Below, in pieces: positions 37,353-48,106 of a stretch of DNA of 64,000 nt (positions within the stretch are counted from its first letter, which is position 1; each line of letters starts with the position of its first letter). This stretch comes from a virus. Location: the IMG/VR virus record IMGVR_UViG_3300027741_000020, one strand, 5' to 3'. The notes under the pieces were generated by a model. It was not told where the DNA came from. It did not search any database and saw only the letters and a program-made list of their open reading frames with translations. Made by a program: the position numbers and the translations under genes.

Positions 37353-38225
37353 ATGGCTAGAGTATCATTTTCGCAATATAGTATGTGGAGTGGATGTCCA
37401 CAACAATACAAATTAGCATATATAGATAACCTAAAAACAGGTGGTGGGAGTATTCATACTCTATTTGGAACGGCAATGCATGAAACCATACAAGAATACC
37501 TTGATAAGTGTTTAAGGATATCAAAATCGCAAGCCGATAAGCTAATGGATTTAAAAGAAACTCTTAAATTAAAAATGAGAGAGTGTTACTTAAAAGAGGT
37601 TGAAGGCGAAATAGGCAACGAAGAAATATGTACCAAAGAAGAACTTGTTGAATTTTTGCAAGACGGAAATACCATATTAGAGTATTTTCAAAAATCAAAA
37701 AACTTCAACAAGTTCTTTTCTTTAAAGCATGATGAATTAGTTGCAATAGAGCAACCATTAAACGTAAAATTAGCAGATAATGTTAATTTTATAGGATTTA
37801 TAGATTTGGTTATACGAGATAACTTCAATGGTAGGTATCGTATTATAGATTTAAAAACATCTACAAAGGGATGGAGCAAATATCAAAAATCAGATCCAGT
37901 TAAGAATGCACAAATACTAATATATAAAAAGTTTTATGCAGAGCTCCTAAGTGTATCTCCTGATATTATTGATGTGGAGTTTATTATCCTTAAAAGAAAG
38001 GTAATGGATAACGCAGAATTTGTTATTCCGAGAATATCAAAGCATATTCCAGCAAACGGCAAACCATCTATAAATAAAGCATGGAATAACTTTAAAGAGT
38101 TCGTAGATACGGTATTTGATGTAGAAGGAAACTATAAAACCGATATAGAATATCCAAAAAAACCATCAAAACTTTGTATGTATTGTGAGTTCTTTGAGCG
38201 TGGATTGTGTGATGCAAAAAAATAA
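37353..38225 (+). CDS. PD-(D/E)XK (RecB/Cas4-like) nuclease
   Basis: SFSQY..W..CP, FGTAMHETI, GFIDL, IIDLKT, QILIY and C-terminal CMYCEF..LC. Confidence 0.88.
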   Translation: MARVSFSQYSMWSGCPQQYKLAYIDNLKTGGGSIHTLFGTAMHETIQEYLDKCLRISKSQADKLMDLKETLKLKMRECYLKEVEGEIGNEEICTKEELVEFLQDGNTILEYFQKSKNFNKFFSLKHDELVAIEQPLNVKLADNVNFIGFIDLVIRDNFNGRYRIIDLKTSTKGWSKYQKSDPVKNAQILIYKKFYAELLSVSPDIIDVEFIILKRKVMDNAEFVIPRISKHIPANGKPSINKAWNNFKEFVDTVFDVEGNYKTDIEYPKKPSKLCMYCEFFERGLCDAKK

Positions 38226-38253
38226 AATAAACAATAATTATATTAAACAAGTT

Positions 38254-39630
38254 ATGAAAAAAAAGAAAATTTTGTTACTTTCGGATGATTTAAGAATGGC
38301 AAGTGGTATTGCTAATGTTTCCAAACAATTGGTTTTGGGAACTGTAGATAAGTATGATTGGGTACAATTGGGAGCAGCAATCAATCATCCCGAAGAAGGA
38401 AAGATGTTGGACTTAAGCGAAGATATAAAACGTGCTACGGGAGTAACCGATGCATCAGTTAAAATAATACCGTTCAATGGATATGGCAATGCAGATGTTA
38501 TACGCCAATTAATTATGGTGGAGCAACCAGATGCAATCTTACACTTCACAGACCCACGTTATTGGATTTGGTTATATGATATTGAACATGAGATACGCCA
38601 ATCAGTACCTTTGTTTTTCTATCATATATGGGATGACCTTCCGGATCCAAAATATAATCGTGATTACTACGAAAGTTGTGATTGGATAGGTTGTATTTCA
38701 AAACAAACATATGGTATAACCAAACGTGTATACGGCTCAACTGCCGAACCACAATGGGACTCTGCAAAGGATTGGCAAGTTAGCTATGTACCACACGGTA
38801 TTAATTCGGAATTGTATAAGCCAGTAGATGTACCGGCTGATTTTAAGAAAAATATACTTGGTGGTAAAGAATACGATTTTGTATTATATTGGAATAATAG
38901 AAATATCCGTAGAAAGCAATCAACTGATATTATACTTGCATTTGAAGATTTTGTAAAAGAATTGCCAAAAGAAAAACGTGATAAGATTTGTTTATTAATG
39001 CATACAAAACCTGTAGATGAAAACGGAACGGATTTGTATACTGTAATAAAAGATTGCGCACCAAATTCAACCGTTATATTCGACCAAACTAATTATACAG
39101 AACTTGAGTTGAATTACCTATATAACATAGCAGATGTTACAATTAATGTGGCTTCAAATGAAGGATTTGGATTAGCAACGGCTGAAAGTATTATGGCAGG
39201 TACACCGATAATAGTAAATGTTACCGGCGGATTGCAAGACCAATGTGGATTTGAAATAGACGGTAAGTATCTTACAGCAGATGATTATATAACGATTGGT
39301 TCATTGCACAATAAAAAGAAATATGAAAAAATTAAACATGGCGAATGGGTAAAGCCAATTTTTCCAGTTCGTTCAACGGCAGGTTCAATTCTAACTCCAT
39401 ATATTTTTGATGATAGAGTTGATTACGCTGATATTACTCCTTTAATCAGAGAATGGTACGAAACTCCAAAAGAGGATAGAAAATCCGCAGGATTGGCAGG
39501 TAGAGATTGGTTATTAGGCGAAGGTGGATTGAGTACGCAAAATATGTGTAAAACATTAATAGACGGAATGGAAACGGCATTTGAAAATTGGCAACCAAGA
39601 AAAAAATATAAATTATACAAATTAGGATAA
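38254..39630 (+). CDS. GT-B glycosyltransferase (GT4-like)
   Basis: SGIANVS, YVPHGIN, NNRNIRRK and NEGFGLATAESIMAGTP. ATG 38254 preferred. Confidence 0.85.
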   Translation: MKKKKILLLSDDLRMASGIANVSKQLVLGTVDKYDWVQLGAAINHPEEGKMLDLSEDIKRATGVTDASVKIIPFNGYGNADVIRQLIMVEQPDAILHFTDPRYWIWLYDIEHEIRQSVPLFFYHIWDDLPDPKYNRDYYESCDWIGCISKQTYGITKRVYGSTAEPQWDSAKDWQVSYVPHGINSELYKPVDVPADFKKNILGGKEYDFVLYWNNRNIRRKQSTDIILAFEDFVKELPKEKRDKICLLMHTKPVDENGTDLYTVIKDCAPNSTVIFDQTNYTELELNYLYNIADVTINVASNEGFGLATAESIMAGTPIIVNVTGGLQDQCGFEIDGKYLTADDYITIGSLHNKKKYEKIKHGEWVKPIFPVRSTAGSILTPYIFDDRVDYADITPLIREWYETPKEDRKSAGLAGRDWLLGEGGLSTQNMCKTLIDGMETAFENWQPRKKYKLYKLG

Positions 39631-39642
39631 ATAAAAAGTTAT

Positions 39643-40968
39643 ATGAATAAACCCACATTAGTATTTCAAGCACCAATAGCAACCCGTAGTGGATATGGTG
39701 ATCATGCAAGAGACCTTTTATACTCTCTTTATAAGTTAGATAAATTTGATATAAAAATAATTAGCACTCGTTGGGGGTCGACTCCGATGGATGCTTTGAA
39801 TTTTAATAATGAATTTCATAAATGGATTATTGCAAATGTAATAAATGAATTATCGCAAAAACCGGATATATACGTTCAAGTATCTGTACCAAATGAATTT
39901 CAAACAATTGGAAACTATAATATAGGGATAACCGCTGGAATAGAAACCACAATATGTGCAATTGATTGGATACATGGTTGTAATAGAATGGATTTAATAA
40001 TAGTACCATCGCAGCACGCAAAGGATACATTAGTAAATACAAATTACAATGAAGTTGATAGACAAACACAGCAGTTAATAGCCCATCATAAAATCAACAA
40101 ACCAGTTGAGGTTTTATTTGAAGGATTTGATGAAAACGAATTTGGAACTGATACTGTGAAGATTGTTGATTGCTTGAATGAAGTTGAAGAAGATTTTGGA
40201 TTTTTATTTGTAGGGCATTGGTTACGTGGTGATTTTGGAGAAGACCGTAAAAATGTTGGTATGATGATTAAAACATTTAGTATGGCTTTTAAAAATGAAA
40301 AAATAAAACCAGCATTGATATTAAAAACATCATCGGCAACATTTTCAGTAAGAGATAGAGAGCATATCATTAAGAGTATAAAAAGTGCTTTAGGTAAAGA
40401 TTTTGGTAGTGTTCCAGTTTATTTATTGCATGGCGATTTAAGTTCATCAGAAATGAATGGACTTTACGAACATCCGAAAGTAAAAGCAATGCTAAACTTT
40501 ACAAAAGGCGAAGGATTTGGTAGACCTTTATTAGAATTTAGTTTAACAGGTAAACCGATTATAGTTAGTGGTTGGAGTGGTCATTTGGATTTCTTAAAAG
40601 AAGGCGCCGTATTATTAGAAGGTGATTTAAAACCAGTGCATGACTCGGCTGCAGACCAGTTCTTATTAAAAGAATCACAATGGTATAATGTGAACATTTC
40701 TAAAGCATTACCAATTATACGTGATGTTTATAAAAATTATGATAAATACAAAGTAGCTTCGGCTAAATTGGCTAAACAAAATATACAAAATTTTAGTTTA
40801 GAAAAAATGACCATTCTATTTGATTCAATATTGAGTAAATATTCTATTTATAGTAAGGTACAACCAAAATTCCAACATATAAAACTACCTACCTTAAAAA
40901 AGGTTAATACAGGTCAGCCAGAAAAAAAATTGGAGTTACCAAAGATAAAAATGTTGAATAAACAATAA
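39643..40968 (+). CDS. GT-B glycosyltransferase (GT4-like)
   Basis: SGYGDHARD, FLFVGHW, RKNVG and KGEGFGRPLLEF. Confidence 0.85.
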   Translation: MNKPTLVFQAPIATRSGYGDHARDLLYSLYKLDKFDIKIISTRWGSTPMDALNFNNEFHKWIIANVINELSQKPDIYVQVSVPNEFQTIGNYNIGITAGIETTICAIDWIHGCNRMDLIIVPSQHAKDTLVNTNYNEVDRQTQQLIAHHKINKPVEVLFEGFDENEFGTDTVKIVDCLNEVEEDFGFLFVGHWLRGDFGEDRKNVGMMIKTFSMAFKNEKIKPALILKTSSATFSVRDREHIIKSIKSALGKDFGSVPVYLLHGDLSSSEMNGLYEHPKVKAMLNFTKGEGFGRPLLEFSLTGKPIIVSGWSGHLDFLKEGAVLLEGDLKPVHDSAADQFLLKESQWYNVNISKALPIIRDVYKNYDKYKVASAKLAKQNIQNFSLEKMTILFDSILSKYSIYSKVQPKFQHIKLPTLKKVNTGQPEKKLELPKIKMLNKQ

Positions 40969-41414
40969 TGAGTAATTTTAATCCGATATATCAAAAATTC
41001 ATCGATGATAAAAATGCCATTCAGCCTGAACAAATGCGGAATGGCAAATTTTATCTATTAAAGCAATATCAATATGCAAATGGTGAAAAAGGTAGATATG
41101 CGGATACCATAGCACCAATAATATTTACAATATACATTTCAAAGGCAAAAGATTTGGTACATGCTGTAAAAGTTTCAAATATAAACCCACAAACGATTAA
41201 AGGGCTTTTTGGTAAGTTAATAAATGAAAAAACAGAAACTATACAAATGAAAGGCGGAGCTAGAAAAGTATATGAGTCTGTAATTGGTAAAATTCCAAAG
41301 ATTACAAGAGAATCATACAGAACATATAATTTAAGCGGTATAAAGAAAGTTATATTATTGGATATGGATGTTACAAATTTAGTTCCTAAAAATAAACTAA
41401 GAAAAGATAAATAA
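40968..41414 (+). CDS. Hypothetical protein
   Basis: 148 aa ORF in the operon; function not recognised. Confidence 0.55.
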   Translation: MSNFNPIYQKFIDDKNAIQPEQMRNGKFYLLKQYQYANGEKGRYADTIAPIIFTIYISKAKDLVHAVKVSNINPQTIKGLFGKLINEKTETIQMKGGARKVYESVIGKIPKITRESYRTYNLSGIKKVILLDMDVTNLVPKNKLRKDK

Positions 41415-41417
41415 ACT

Positions 41418-41534
41418 ATGACACCGAATGAATTTGTTATATGGTTACGAGGATTTGTACAAGGAGTACATCACTATAACGTAACACCTGCTCAATGGGA
41501 TTATCTAAAAGAAATACTTGAGCAAGTAAAATAA
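41418..41534 (+). CDS. Small hypothetical protein (38 aa)
   Basis: MTPNEFVIWLRGFVQGVHHYNVTPAQWDYLKEILEQVK fills the intergenic gap; below the ORF-track cutoff. Confidence 0.6.
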   Translation: MTPNEFVIWLRGFVQGVHHYNVTPAQWDYLKEILEQVK

Positions 41535-41552
41535 GACACGCAAACTAAAGTT

Positions 41553-42179
41553 ATGAAATTAAGCTACGCAGTTACAGTATGTAATGAGTTTGAAGAAACT
41601 ATAAATCTTATTACTAATCTATTAAATTATAAATCTGAAAATTCAGAAGTAGTTGTATTATTAGATACACCAAAAGCATCACAAGAACTTATTGATTATT
41701 TAGAAGTTTTAGCAAGTGCAAACAAAATAGAATTGATTGAATCCGAATTTACAGGAGATTTTGCAAAATGGAAAAACTTTTTAAATTCACAATGTAAGGG
41801 TGAGTGGATTTTCCAATTAGATGCCGATGAATCTCTTAATAGGGATCTTATTGTTAATTTGGAAGATATACTTACGGATAATTCCGATAAAGAATTGGTA
41901 GTAGTACCACGTATAAACATTGTAAATGGTATTACGCCAGAGCATATTGAGAAATGGGGTTGGCAACAAAATGAGAGAGGTTGGATAAACTTTCCCGATG
42001 TACAAACCAGAATATATAAAAATATTCCTGAAAAAATTGGATGGACTGGAAAGGTTCACGAACGAATAGTTGGATTTGAATCATATACAACGTTTCCAGG
42101 TGAAGAAATATTTTGTATAAGACATGTTAAAGATATCCAAAGACAAGAACGACAAAACAATTATTATAATACATTATGA
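41553..42179 (+). CDS. GT2-like glycosyltransferase
   Basis: SYAVTVCNE, WKNFLN..CKGEWIFQLDADE and FPDVQTRIY. Confidence 0.85.
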   Translation: MKLSYAVTVCNEFEETINLITNLLNYKSENSEVVVLLDTPKASQELIDYLEVLASANKIELIESEFTGDFAKWKNFLNSQCKGEWIFQLDADESLNRDLIVNLEDILTDNSDKELVVVPRINIVNGITPEHIEKWGWQQNERGWINFPDVQTRIYKNIPEKIGWTGKVHERIVGFESYTTFPGEEIFCIRHVKDIQRQERQNNYYNTL

Positions 42180-43063
42180 GGATAACATTCATTTATGCTT
42201 ACGATGGTGAGCAATGGTCTACTCCAATGGCTTTGGTTAATGAATTTAAAAATCGTGGTTGGGAAACCGATATAATCTCAATAGGTTCAAATAAAACGGG
42301 CATATACGATGACGCACAATTACAACTTTGGATTCAACAAGATTTGCCTACGGATATTGTATTATTTATGGATTGGGGCAGATTTGATTCTAAATGGTTG
42401 GATAAAAGTCTAAAACCAAACGCATTTTGGATACAAGAAAGTGGAGATGACCCACAAAACTTTGAAAGAAACTTTCCAAAATCAAATCGTTTTCATTTTA
42501 CAATTACACCAGACCACGATTCATATTTAGAATATAAAAGACGTGGTATAGATGCAGAATGGGTAACGCATTTTGCAGATACCGCAATTCAATATCCTAT
42601 GGGATTGGAGCCGGAATATGTTGCAGTTACCACTAGAGGATTTGGTAATTCTCAATTTTTAGATTATCTTACTCAATGGGCAGACGGAGCAATTGGCAAT
42701 CGTAATGGCATGAATGGGATTGAGCATACTGAATTTCTTAATAAAGGATTAATGGTTATACAAAATAGTCGATGGGGAGAAATTACTCGTAGAATATTTG
42801 AAGCTATGGCATGTGGTAAAATGGTTATAACAGATAAATTACCACCCAATAAAAAATTATCCGAAATGTTTATAGATGGTAAAGATATAATTTATTATGA
42901 GCCAAATGATATGTTTGGTTGTATAGAAAAGATGAATTATTACAATGAAAATGAGGAAGAACGTGAAATAATTGCACATAATGGAATGCAAAAAGTTTTA
43001 GAAAATTATACACAAGTTCAAATAGTTGATAAATTGATTGAAAAATATAAAAATTTTAAATAA
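42176..43063 (+). CDS. CgeB-like GT-B glycosyltransferase
   Basis: ITRRIFEAMACG and REIIAHNG..KVLENYT. Confidence 0.8.
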   Translation: MRITFIYAYDGEQWSTPMALVNEFKNRGWETDIISIGSNKTGIYDDAQLQLWIQQDLPTDIVLFMDWGRFDSKWLDKSLKPNAFWIQESGDDPQNFERNFPKSNRFHFTITPDHDSYLEYKRRGIDAEWVTHFADTAIQYPMGLEPEYVAVTTRGFGNSQFLDYLTQWADGAIGNRNGMNGIEHTEFLNKGLMVIQNSRWGEITRRIFEAMACGKMVITDKLPPNKKLSEMFIDGKDIIYYEPNDMFGCIEKMNYYNENEEEREIIAHNGMQKVLENYTQVQIVDKLIEKYKNFK

Positions 43064-43758
43064 TGCTAAAATATTTGAAACCGGTAGATGCTGGTTTAAA
43101 AATGAAAAGACTTGGTCCAAATGAAGATGGTGGATATGTTATGCCAGAATTGGTATTAGAAAAATGCTCATCCTTATTCACATATGGTATTGGAAATGAT
43201 GTTGGTTATGAAGTAGATTTTTTAAGAACATATGGTAAACCCGTATTTACGTTTGACCATACAATAGAATATCAATTACCTGATTTTTTAAACCACACAA
43301 AAGAAGGTCTTGGTTTTGAAAAAAATATGAATTGCTTTATAAATCATTATTTTGATAAAAAAATTAATCAACCCGTATTATTAAAAGTAGATATTGAGGG
43401 TGGTGAATATCCATATTTTTTAAATTCAGATATTGATATTATAGCCGATTTAACTGTTGGAGTATGTATAGAAGTTCATGGATTAGATACAGAAGAATGT
43501 AGAGTTGACTTTGTGAATATGATGGAAAAACTTTCTAAAAGATTTGAACTAGTACATACACATGGTAATACTTGGGGTGAAATCTTCAACTATAATGGGA
43601 TTGATATACTAAATGTTTATGAATTATCATTTATCAATAAAGAGTATATAACAACGGATATAAAGCCTATATCAATAGAATTTCCAATTGCGGGAATTGA
43701 TTATTCAAATAATAAATCAAAACCTGATTTTAAATTTAATTTTTTTAAAACTATATAA
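43063..43758 (+). CDS. SAM-dependent methyltransferase (FkbM-related)
   Basis: RLGPNEDGGY and LKVDIEGGEY. Confidence 0.75.
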   Translation: MLKYLKPVDAGLKMKRLGPNEDGGYVMPELVLEKCSSLFTYGIGNDVGYEVDFLRTYGKPVFTFDHTIEYQLPDFLNHTKEGLGFEKNMNCFINHYFDKKINQPVLLKVDIEGGEYPYFLNSDIDIIADLTVGVCIEVHGLDTEECRVDFVNMMEKLSKRFELVHTHGNTWGEIFNYNGIDILNVYELSFINKEYITTDIKPISIEFPIAGIDYSNNKSKPDFKFNFFKTI

Positions 43759-43767
43759 TAAAAAGAT

Positions 43768-44520
43768 ATGCAAACAAAATTCGTAATATCATTAACGACT
43801 TTACCAAATAGAAATGATAGCTTAAAAGATAATTTAATTTCTCTTTTAAACCAGAATTATGATAATTTTGAAATTCAATTAAATGTACCAAAAGAATCAA
43901 AACTAAATGGAGAGTGGGGTATATTAAATATACCAAATAGCGATAAATTAAAAATATTTTGGGTTGAAGATATAGGAGCTATAACAAAACTTTATTATAC
44001 TCTACAAAGAACTAACGATAGGATAGTAACGGTTGATGATGATTTTATTTACCATCCAGATATGCTAAATGAATATAATATTTTAACACAAGTATTGCCT
44101 AATTCGGCTCTTGGGTTTGCAGGAATATACCCTACAGGAAATGAAACAACTGGTGATTTGGATTTTGTAGGGTGTCTAACTTCGGACTCATATATGACGG
44201 TTGGTGTATTGGAGGGTTATAAGTCGGTCTGTTATAAACCAGAATGGTTTGATTCTGAATTTTTCACAACATGGTATAGTAAGCACTATAATGATGACTT
44301 GATAATAAGTAGTTGGCTTGGGTATAAATCTATTGATAAATGTATAATACCATATTCGGAAGAGACGCATCACCAAAACAGAATGTTATCATTTCCATTA
44401 ATTAGACCATTAAATAACCCGCCATCAGGACAACATCATTTTCGCCAAAATGATGGTGGAAGCCCAATATCCTACAAAGCTTTTTACAATTCCGATTTAG
44501 GAAAATATATAAAAAAATAA
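43768..44520 (+). CDS. GT-A glycosyltransferase-like protein
   Basis: ISLTTLPNR, TVDDDFIY and DDLIISSWL. Confidence 0.7.
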   Translation: MQTKFVISLTTLPNRNDSLKDNLISLLNQNYDNFEIQLNVPKESKLNGEWGILNIPNSDKLKIFWVEDIGAITKLYYTLQRTNDRIVTVDDDFIYHPDMLNEYNILTQVLPNSALGFAGIYPTGNETTGDLDFVGCLTSDSYMTVGVLEGYKSVCYKPEWFDSEFFTTWYSKHYNDDLIISSWLGYKSIDKCIIPYSEETHHQNRMLSFPLIRPLNNPPSGQHHFRQNDGGSPISYKAFYNSDLGKYIKK

Positions 44521-44523
44521 ATT

Positions 44524-45264
44524 ATGAAAAAACTACCAATTAGTATAGGAATATTGGCTTGGAAAAGCGGACAAACATTAGTAGATACATTGACAACTTA
44601 TTATCAAAATGGATTGTTTGAAGTAGCTAACGATATTACAATTTTATATCAGGAGTCTTCGGAGCAAGACTATGCAATAGCAAAACACTTTGGATTAGAT
44701 TCTATATGTTTGAATGATAATATTGGTATTGGCAAGGCATTTATTAAACTTACTAAGAATGCTCAAACCGATAATATTATGGTATTGGAGCATGATTGGA
44801 AACTAATTGAAGATAAAGAAACTACCTACCAACGATTACAAAGCGGTATTGGATTATTAGATAATGGATATAGTTGTGTGAGATATAGACATCGTAAAGA
44901 TCCAGGGTTTCCACACTTCTCATTCAAACACAAGGGACATGAATTGGATTATTATGATGATGAATTAGAATGTACATCGCCACACTTATTAGACTCTGTG
45001 CATTGGCTTAATCCTGCTGAATCTTTTCCCGATAAAATACAAACTGAAGGAGAATATTTTGTATCAACTTCTCGTTGGGGAAATTGGACAAACAACCCAT
45101 GTTTATATAAAAAAGAATTTTATTTGGATATTGTTTCCAATTTCGCAGGAGATGGCATTGCATTGGAGGGGAATATTAGTAGATGGTGGGCAAAGCAGGA
45201 ATATAAGGTAGCACACGGAGAAGGACTTTTTAAACACATAGATTTAGTAAAATATGGAAGATAA
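44524..45264 (+). CDS. GT-A glycosyltransferase-like protein
   Basis: NIGIG, MVLEHDW, WTNNPCLY and LFKHID. Confidence 0.6.
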   Translation: MKKLPISIGILAWKSGQTLVDTLTTYYQNGLFEVANDITILYQESSEQDYAIAKHFGLDSICLNDNIGIGKAFIKLTKNAQTDNIMVLEHDWKLIEDKETTYQRLQSGIGLLDNGYSCVRYRHRKDPGFPHFSFKHKGHELDYYDDELECTSPHLLDSVHWLNPAESFPDKIQTEGEYFVSTSRWGNWTNNPCLYKKEFYLDIVSNFAGDGIALEGNISRWWAKQEYKVAHGEGLFKHIDLVKYGR

Positions 45265-45610
45265 TATGAACTATAAAGAACAACGTCCGTGGGGCGAATT
45301 TGAAAATTTATTAGATAGTAATTTATGTAAGGTAAAACGAATTATTATTAAACCAGGACAAGCACCTAGTTACCAATATCACTTTAAACGTAGCGAAGTA
45401 TGGACTATAGTTCAGGGAAGCGGCGAATTAAAATTAAATGATAGTATTATTCCTATACAATCCGGATATACATACCATATTGAAAAGGAGGCAAAACATC
45501 AAATTAAAAACACAGGTATTAATGATTTAATATTTATTGAAATTCAACTTGGTGAATATTTCGGTGAAGATGATATTGTTAGAATAGAAGATAATTATGG
45601 TAGAATATAA
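45254..45610 (+). CDS. Mannose-6-phosphate isomerase-type cupin (type II PMI domain)
   Basis: RPWGEF, SYQYH..RSEVW and EIQLGEYFGEDDIVRIEDNYGR. Confidence 0.88.
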   Translation: MEDNMNYKEQRPWGEFENLLDSNLCKVKRIIIKPGQAPSYQYHFKRSEVWTIVQGSGELKLNDSIIPIQSGYTYHIEKEAKHQIKNTGINDLIFIEIQLGEYFGEDDIVRIEDNYGRI

Positions 45611-47135
45611 AGTTTTAATAACAACAAGTGGTCTTGGTAGTAGACTTGGTAATTTAACCGATTATACAAATAAATGCCTAATTAGAGTTGCAGATAAACC
45701 CGCTATATCATATATTGTAGAATCATATCCAATCAATACTGAATTTGTAATTACATTAGGGCATTATGGTTCTCATGTAAAACAATTTTTAGAATTAGCA
45801 TATCCAGATTATAATTTTACATTTGTAGAGATAGATAGATATAGCGGAGACGGTAGTAGCTTGGGTTATTCTATACTACAATGTAAGAATGAATTAAACA
45901 GCCCATTCATATTTCACGCATCCGATACCATTACTAAAGATTTTAATATACCCAGCTTAAATACAAATTGGGTAGCGGGTTCTTATAAGGAAGATTCATC
46001 ACAATATAGAACTTTAAATCTTAATCGTGGTGAATTGGTTAAAATAAATGAAAAGGGAGAAATTGGATATGATTTTTCATATATTGGAATGGTTGGTATA
46101 AAAGATTTTAAATTGTTTTTTGATAATTTAGAAACGTTAATAAACAACGGACATATTGATATATCCGATGTGCATGTTATAAATAATATGTTACCTGTAG
46201 TAGTCTTTCAATATAAAGAAGTTTCATATGGTAGTTGGTTTGATATAGGAAATACATCCGAATTAATTAAAACAAGAAAATCATTTAAAAGTAATATTGA
46301 AGTTTTGGATAAAAAGGATGAATCAATATTTTTCTTTGATGATTTTGTAATAAAGTTTTTCTCAAATTCAACTATTAATAAAAACAGAATAGAAAGAGCA
46401 AGCAAATTAAAAGGATTAGTACCGGAGGTTATTGGTAGTAGTGATAATTTTTATAAGTACAAAAAAGCAGAAGGTAGATTATTTTCAAAATCAGTTAATA
46501 CAAATAGTTTTTTAAAATTTTTAAATTGGACTAAAGATAATCTATGGGTATATAGTAACGATACAAATTTTAAAGATAAATGTTATAAATTTTATATAGA
46601 AAAAACAAAAGAAAGAATATCCAATTATTTAAAAGAAACTCCAGAATCTAACATTATTAACAATGAAAGTATTGCAGATGTTTATGATTTAATTGATATT
46701 TTAGATATAGATTGGTTGTGCAATGGAATACCTTCTCAATTTCATGGTGATTTTATATTAGATAATGTAATAGAAACAAATCGGGGATTTACATTAATTG
46801 ATTGGAGACAAGATTTTGCTGGAGATTTAGAAACTGGAGATGTTTATTATGATTTAGCAAAATTAAATCATAACTTAACAATTAACCATGATATAGTTAA
46901 TAAAAATTTATTTGGACATACATGCGATAATTGCTATATACTTACACACAGTACTTTAAATGAATGTAAAAAGTTATTACATACGTTTATAGAAGAAAAT
47001 GGATTTGATTTGCAAAAAGTAGAAATATTAACTTCTTTGATTTGGATTAATATGGCACCATTACACGAATATCCTTTTAATAATTTCCTATTTAATTTTG
47101 GAAAATATAATCTTCATAAAAATTTAAAAAAATGA
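45597..47135 (+). CDS. Sugar nucleotidyltransferase fused to an APH/choline-kinase-like domain
   Basis: N-terminal TSGLGSRL..LT..TNKCL and WFDIG; C-terminal FHGDFILDN, LIDWR and YDLAKL. Confidence 0.85.
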   Translation: MVEYKVLITTSGLGSRLGNLTDYTNKCLIRVADKPAISYIVESYPINTEFVITLGHYGSHVKQFLELAYPDYNFTFVEIDRYSGDGSSLGYSILQCKNELNSPFIFHASDTITKDFNIPSLNTNWVAGSYKEDSSQYRTLNLNRGELVKINEKGEIGYDFSYIGMVGIKDFKLFFDNLETLINNGHIDISDVHVINNMLPVVVFQYKEVSYGSWFDIGNTSELIKTRKSFKSNIEVLDKKDESIFFFDDFVIKFFSNSTINKNRIERASKLKGLVPEVIGSSDNFYKYKKAEGRLFSKSVNTNSFLKFLNWTKDNLWVYSNDTNFKDKCYKFYIEKTKERISNYLKETPESNIINNESIADVYDLIDILDIDWLCNGIPSQFHGDFILDNVIETNRGFTLIDWRQDFAGDLETGDVYYDLAKLNHNLTINHDIVNKNLFGHTCDNCYILTHSTLNECKKLLHTFIEENGFDLQKVEILTSLIWINMAPLHEYPFNNFLFNFGKYNLHKNLKK

Positions 47136-48106
47136 ATACAAAATATTTCATAGGCCCAATGTCTAAAAATATAGTTGATACTATAATTGAATTTTGTGAA
47201 GAAACTAATAATAGTATAGGATTTATCCCATCAAGACGTCAAATTGAATATAATGGTGGATATGTAAATAATTGGAAAACATCGGAATTTTGTGAATATG
47301 TTAAATCAAAAACTAATAAAATTATATTACAAAGAGATCACTCCGGCCCAGAGCAAGGACAGTGTTCGGATGACGGATATATTTCGTTAATGGATGATTG
47401 TAAATATTTTAATTTAATACACATTGACCCTTGGAAAAAATATCCTGCTTTCAATTTAGGAGTACAAGAAACTATTAAAATGATAGAATTTTGTTATGAA
47501 ATAAATCCTAATATCCAATACGAAGTAGGTACAGAAGAAGCTATTAGACGATTTGAACCATATGAATTAGCAGATTTAATGTATTGCCTCCAAGAAAGAT
47601 TATCACCAGAAATATTCAAACAAATAAAATATTTAGTAATTCAATCGGGCACATCATTAAAAGGAAATACTCAAACTGGTCATTATGATAATCAACGCTT
47701 AATTGAAATGATTGGTGTAGTTAAAAAATACAACCTACTATCTAAAGAACATAATGGAGATTACATTGATATTTCAACTATTAATGAGAAATTTAATTTT
47801 GGGTTAGACTGTATTAATATAGCTCCTGAGTTCGGTCTTATTGAAACAAAAACTTATTTGGCAAATATAAAAAATAGTAGTATATTTGAAAAGTATTGGC
47901 AAATATGCTATGATTCTAAAAAATGGGTAAAATGGGTAGATTCTAATTTTGACCCATATAAAAATAAAAAAGAACTTATAGAAATATGTGGGCATTACGT
48001 TTTATCAAATGAAAGATTTATTATCGAAGTTAAAAGTGATATGGTCGATATAGATTTTGAAATTAAAAAAAATATAAAAAACAAACTAATTCAGTTATAT
48101 GAATAA
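47132..48106 (+). CDS. GatZ/KbaZ-like TIM-barrel sugar-phosphate epimerase
   Basis: RDHSGP, IHIDP, YEVGTEE, VIQSG, KEHNGDY and INIAPE parallel the KbaZ motifs GDHLGP, IHLD, YVIGTE, VVQPG, EAHSTDY and LKVGPA. Confidence 0.7.
   Translation: MNTKYFIGPMSKNIVDTIIEFCEETNNSIGFIPSRRQIEYNGGYVNNWKTSEFCEYVKSKTNKIILQRDHSGPEQGQCSDDGYISLMDDCKYFNLIHIDPWKKYPAFNLGVQETIKMIEFCYEINPNIQYEVGTEEAIRRFEPYELADLMYCLQERLSPEIFKQIKYLVIQSGTSLKGNTQTGHYDNQRLIEMIGVVKKYNLLSKEHNGDYIDISTINEKFNFGLDCINIAPEFGLIETKTYLANIKNSSIFEKYWQICYDSKKWVKWVDSNFDPYKNKKELIEICGHYVLSNERFIIEVKSDMVDIDFEIKKNIKNKLIQLYE

Noticed and set aside
37353-38225. Cas4-like nuclease as evidence of a CRISPR system
   Set aside because: No other cas genes or array; such nucleases are common in phage replication modules.
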